A DNA stretch of 64,000 bases from Raja brachyura (lineage: Eukaryota): contig OY740802.1 of assembly GCA_963514005.1 (NCBI GenBank), positions 29,264,001 to 29,328,000 on the forward strand. The letters are read 5' to 3'. Below the pieces are notes generated by a model. The model was given only the letters and a program-made list of their open reading frames with translations. It made no database searches and was not told the DNA's origin. Positions 60,200-64,000 of this stretch are shown one piece after another. The number at the start of each line of letters is the position of its first letter. The first letter of the stretch is position 1. Made by a program: the position numbers and the translations under genes.

Positions 60200-62385
60200 A
60201 TTTTTTTTTCCTTTTTATTACAAGTAATGTACATTACAGTAGTATAAGCCAAAAATAACATAATACATTTCATGTACCAATTGAAACAATTTCTTGTTCT
60301 AAACTTTAATAATAGGAAAGTAACAGAAAGAAGAAGAGGAAAAATAGAGAAAGTTAGATAAGATAGTAAGTGCTTGAAAAAGTGAAAAGGAAGAACCCGT
60401 AGAGGCGTAGAATGCAGGAAAGAATTTAAAAAAGTTAAAAAAGGGAAAGAGAAAAACGAAAATATAAGAAAATAAGATAAGATAAAAGGGATGTGGCTAC
60501 TTCATATCTTTACACACCCCTCACCAGGTCCTGAAACCGTTTATTTTCAAAGTTATGTTGCACCCTTTGCTTGTAATAAGTCGATAAATGGAGACCAAAC
60601 CTTTTGGAATTGGTCTGATTTGCCTGCTAGGACGAATCTCATGTCTTCGAGGTGTAGCATTTCGGACATATTTGAAATCCACATTTTTACCGTTGGTGTG
60701 GGAGCGTTTTTCCAGAATTTAAGTATGAGTTATTTTGCCATTATTAAGTCATAATTACTTTTGGAATGAAGTCAGCTCAAAGCCGACTTCCATTGTTCCA
60801 AAAATAATCAATTCTGCATTCGGTTTCAATTTTATTTTAAATAATTTCGTAAAAGTTTCAAAGATTTCACTCCAAAATTTGGGGATTTTTATGCAAAAAA
60901 CAAAGAAAAACATAGTTACTTCTTGAGATAGACATTTATCATAAATGGGGGAAACATTTGGAAAGATTTTACTTCTTTTAGTTTTCGAATAATATAATCT
61001 GTGCGGAATTTTAAATTGGATTAGAATATGTCTTCTAATTCTCTGCCACAGAAGGTAGTTGAGGCCAGTTCATTGGCTATATTTAAGAGGGCGTCAGATG
61101 TGGCACTTGTGGCTAAAGGGATCAGGGGGTATGGAGAGAAGGCAGGTACGGGATACTGAGTTGGATGATCAGCCATGATCACATTGAATGGCGGTGCAGG
61201 CTCGAAGGGCCGAATGGCCTACTCCTGCACCTATTTTCTATGTTTCTATTGATCGAGCATTTATGCACATATAGCAAGTGTGTATCCCAACTCTCGTTCG
61301 AGATTTTTATAGCTAGTTCTTGTTCCCAATCTCTTCTAATTCTGTCGGATTATGGTATTTCTATATTTAGGATGATATTAAGTTAGTTGAGTCCGCCTTT
61401 CTATTCATAGCTTCATCTAATAGGTCTGGAGTCAATTTTGGTATTCTTGGTGTGTATATTTTTTCAAATAATCACGGATTTGAAAATATTTAAAATATTG
61501 ATTACTTCTCAGATTGTATTTAAGTTGTAGTTGTTGGAATGATAAAAAAATTGCATTTTCATACATGTCTCCAAATGTTTTAATTCCTATTCTTTCCCAA
61601 TGTGTAAATGGTTTATCAATAATGGATGGTTTAAATGACGGATTATTAACTATGGGAGAGAGAAGCGATAGATTTCTTAATTTAAGGGTTAATTTTATTT
61701 GTTTCCAAATTCTAATAGTACTATGAAGAATTGGATTTTTACTGTATATTGTATTATTCAATTTTATTGGTGAGAGAGGGATCGCTCCTGTATTAAAAGG
61801 GGAACAATCCTCTCTCTCCATTACTATCCAATCCACCCGTTGGGCAGAATTGTCCAACAGGTGAATTACATTTTTGACATTTGCAGCCCAATAATAATAC
61901 AAAAAATTAAGGAGTGTTAATCCACCAATTTCTTTAGGTTTGCACAAATGTCTTCTTTGAATTCTATGGGATTTGTAGTCCCATATAAAATTTGTGATAT
62001 CAGAATCCAGTTTTTTTTAAAACTTTGTAGGTAAGTGTATTGGCATTGATTGGAATAAATATAACATTTGTGGTAGGAAGATCATTTTTATAGCATTTAT
62101 TCGGCCTATTAAAGACATCGGAAGAGTTTTCCAAAATTTAATCGGGGTGTTTAATTTAGTAAGTAGCGGCATATAATTTGCATTGAATAAAGATTTATAT
62201 TTTCTGGTGATTTCGATTCCCAAATATTTAAATTTTTCTGTAGCAATTTTAAAAGGGAATTTTAACAGGTGTGTCGAGTCTTGAGGTTTTATCGTCATAA
62301 TTTCACTTTTATTCCAATTTATTCTGTATCCTGAAAAGGATCCAAATTCCTCTATTAGATTTAATATATTTGGTATACAGAATTT
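60200..62385 (-). mobile_element. 5'-truncated L1-clade LINE with poly(A) tail, 12-bp TSD and a nested CR1 3' fragment (about 61035-61250)
   Basis: SGYRINWNKSEI, FKYLGI, SLIGRINAIKM, GGLTL.NF.YYYWAA; AATAAA plus poly(A) at about 60200-60218; TSD AAGCACATAATT at 60188-60199 and 62386-62397. Confidence 0.92.
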
Positions 62386-64000
62386 AAGCACATAATTTAT
62401 GACCATAAGACATAGGAGCGGAATTAGGCTATTCGGCCCATCAAGTCTACTCTGTCATTCATTCATGGCTGAGCTAATTTTCCTTCTGCTGCCTCACCAC
62501 CGCCCCCCCCCCCCTTATCAGGGTGTCCGACAACATCTGTAGAATACATGGATAGGTGACGTTTCAGGTCGGGACCCTTCTTCAGACTGGCCTGCTGGCT
62601 GACTTCTTCATTTGGTGTCTTTTTGAGGGTTTTACAGGTTGGTTCAAGAAGCTCATGGTAGTAGGCTAACTGTTCCTGAATCTGACGGTGTGCGACTTCA
62701 GTTAGATTTTAGAAATACAGTGCAGAAATGGGCCCTTCAGCCCACCGAGTCCGCGCCGACCAGCGATCGCCCCGTACACTAGTACTATGGACTATTTACA
62801 ATTTTTACCAAAGCCAATTAACCTACAAATCTGTATCTCTTTGGACTGTGGGAGGAAACCGGAGCCCCCGGGGAAAACCTATGCAGTCACGGGGAGAACG
62901 TACAAACTCCGTACAGACAGCACCCACACTCAGGATCGAACCTAGGCTTTTATTCTGATGAATAAAAACATTTAAAAATAGTTTTCCCTGCTTCTAGATT
63001 TTCTCTAGTAATTATGAATTGCTCTATTTTAATGCACAATTCCATAGTCTGGAGAGACGGGAAGAATTTTGATAATGCATTTGCAATTTCCTAAACACTT
63101 TGCATTATGGCTATCGGGGCCTGGAGATTTATCTGCCTTTATGTTATTTTCTCAATCGTTTCCATTCTTCAAATGAAATGATATACTATTTTTTTTTTGT
63201 CTTGACATACTTGTACCTTGTAGTTGCATTTTTTGTTATATACCTGTTTGAAAGGCAATCTAATGTGGCCAATTCCTCTTTTGTCTAATATTGGCTAATC
63301 TGCCTCTGCCTTTATTGAACAACGGGATTATCCCTCAACACTCTCTTCTTAATATATCTGCAAAAACTTTGTACACATTAATAAAGTGAAAAAGGACTAG
63401 CAAAATATCAGTTATTGGAGGACCAATTTCCTTGAGATCAGACTGGAATTAAAGATTTGTAGATAAAATTATAGGTAACAATGGAAGGCCTTTAATAAGT
63501 GATGAATTGAATACAGATTAGACACGGTCCTATTTTTTTTGCTTGATTGAAACATACAGCATGGAAACTGGCCTTTTGGCCCACTGAGCCCACGCTGTCC
63601 ATAGATCACCCATTTACACAAGTTCCATGTGTAGGAAGGAACTGTAGATGCTGGTTTAAATCGAAGACACCAAATGCTGGAGTAACTCAGCGGGAGAGGC
63701 AGTATCTTTGGAGAGAAGAAATGGGTGATGTTTTGGTCGAGCCCCTTCAGAAGAAGGAGGTCTGAAGAAGGGCCTGGAGCTGAAACATCACCCATTCCTT
63801 CTCTCCATAGATGCTGCCTGCATACTCCAGTGTTTTGTATCTATCATATGATCTTTCTGTTCTGGGCCTCCTCCACTGTCAGAATGACGCCACACACAAT
63901 TTGGAGGAGCACTACCTTATATTGTGCTTGGGCAGCTTACAACACAGCGGTATGAACATTCATTCCTCTAATTTCAACTATCCCCTGCATTCTCTCTCTT

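Noticed and set aside
50400-64000. Exons of a downstream neighbour such as PPP1R16B
   Set aside because: No ankyrin-like or other recognisable coding exons; the ORFs are repeat-derived.

Overview
Eukaryotic, repeat-dense genomic DNA, most likely from a cartilaginous fish (skate/ray; inferred from abundant HE1/V-SINE-like and CR1 repeats). The only host gene I can support is ACTR5 (Arp5, INO80 complex): 9 coding exons on the + strand from 15315 to 49478, all GT-AG and phase-consistent, 1773 nt, about 590 aa. Most of the remainder is transposable element sequence: a decayed DIRS1-type tyrosine-recombinase retroelement with intact terminal/ICR architecture, two nested Gypsy LTR elements ending 60 bp upstream of the ACTR5 ATG, L1/Tx1, CR1, L2, Rex1 and Penelope fragments, more than 25 tRNA-derived SINEs, and Harbinger/hAT MITEs. 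The most striking observation is a 147-bp TSD-flanked retroposon (15083-15229, minus strand) whose first 54 nt fold by eye into a complete minimal CPEB3/HDV-like ribozyme, with the element boundary exactly at the predicted cleavage site. It sits head-to-head with the ACTR5 promoter. Penelope-derived fold-back repeats also carry minimal hammerhead-like cores. All family assignments and structures come from manual reading; no searches or folding programs were run, and repeat boundaries are approximate unless a TSD is given.
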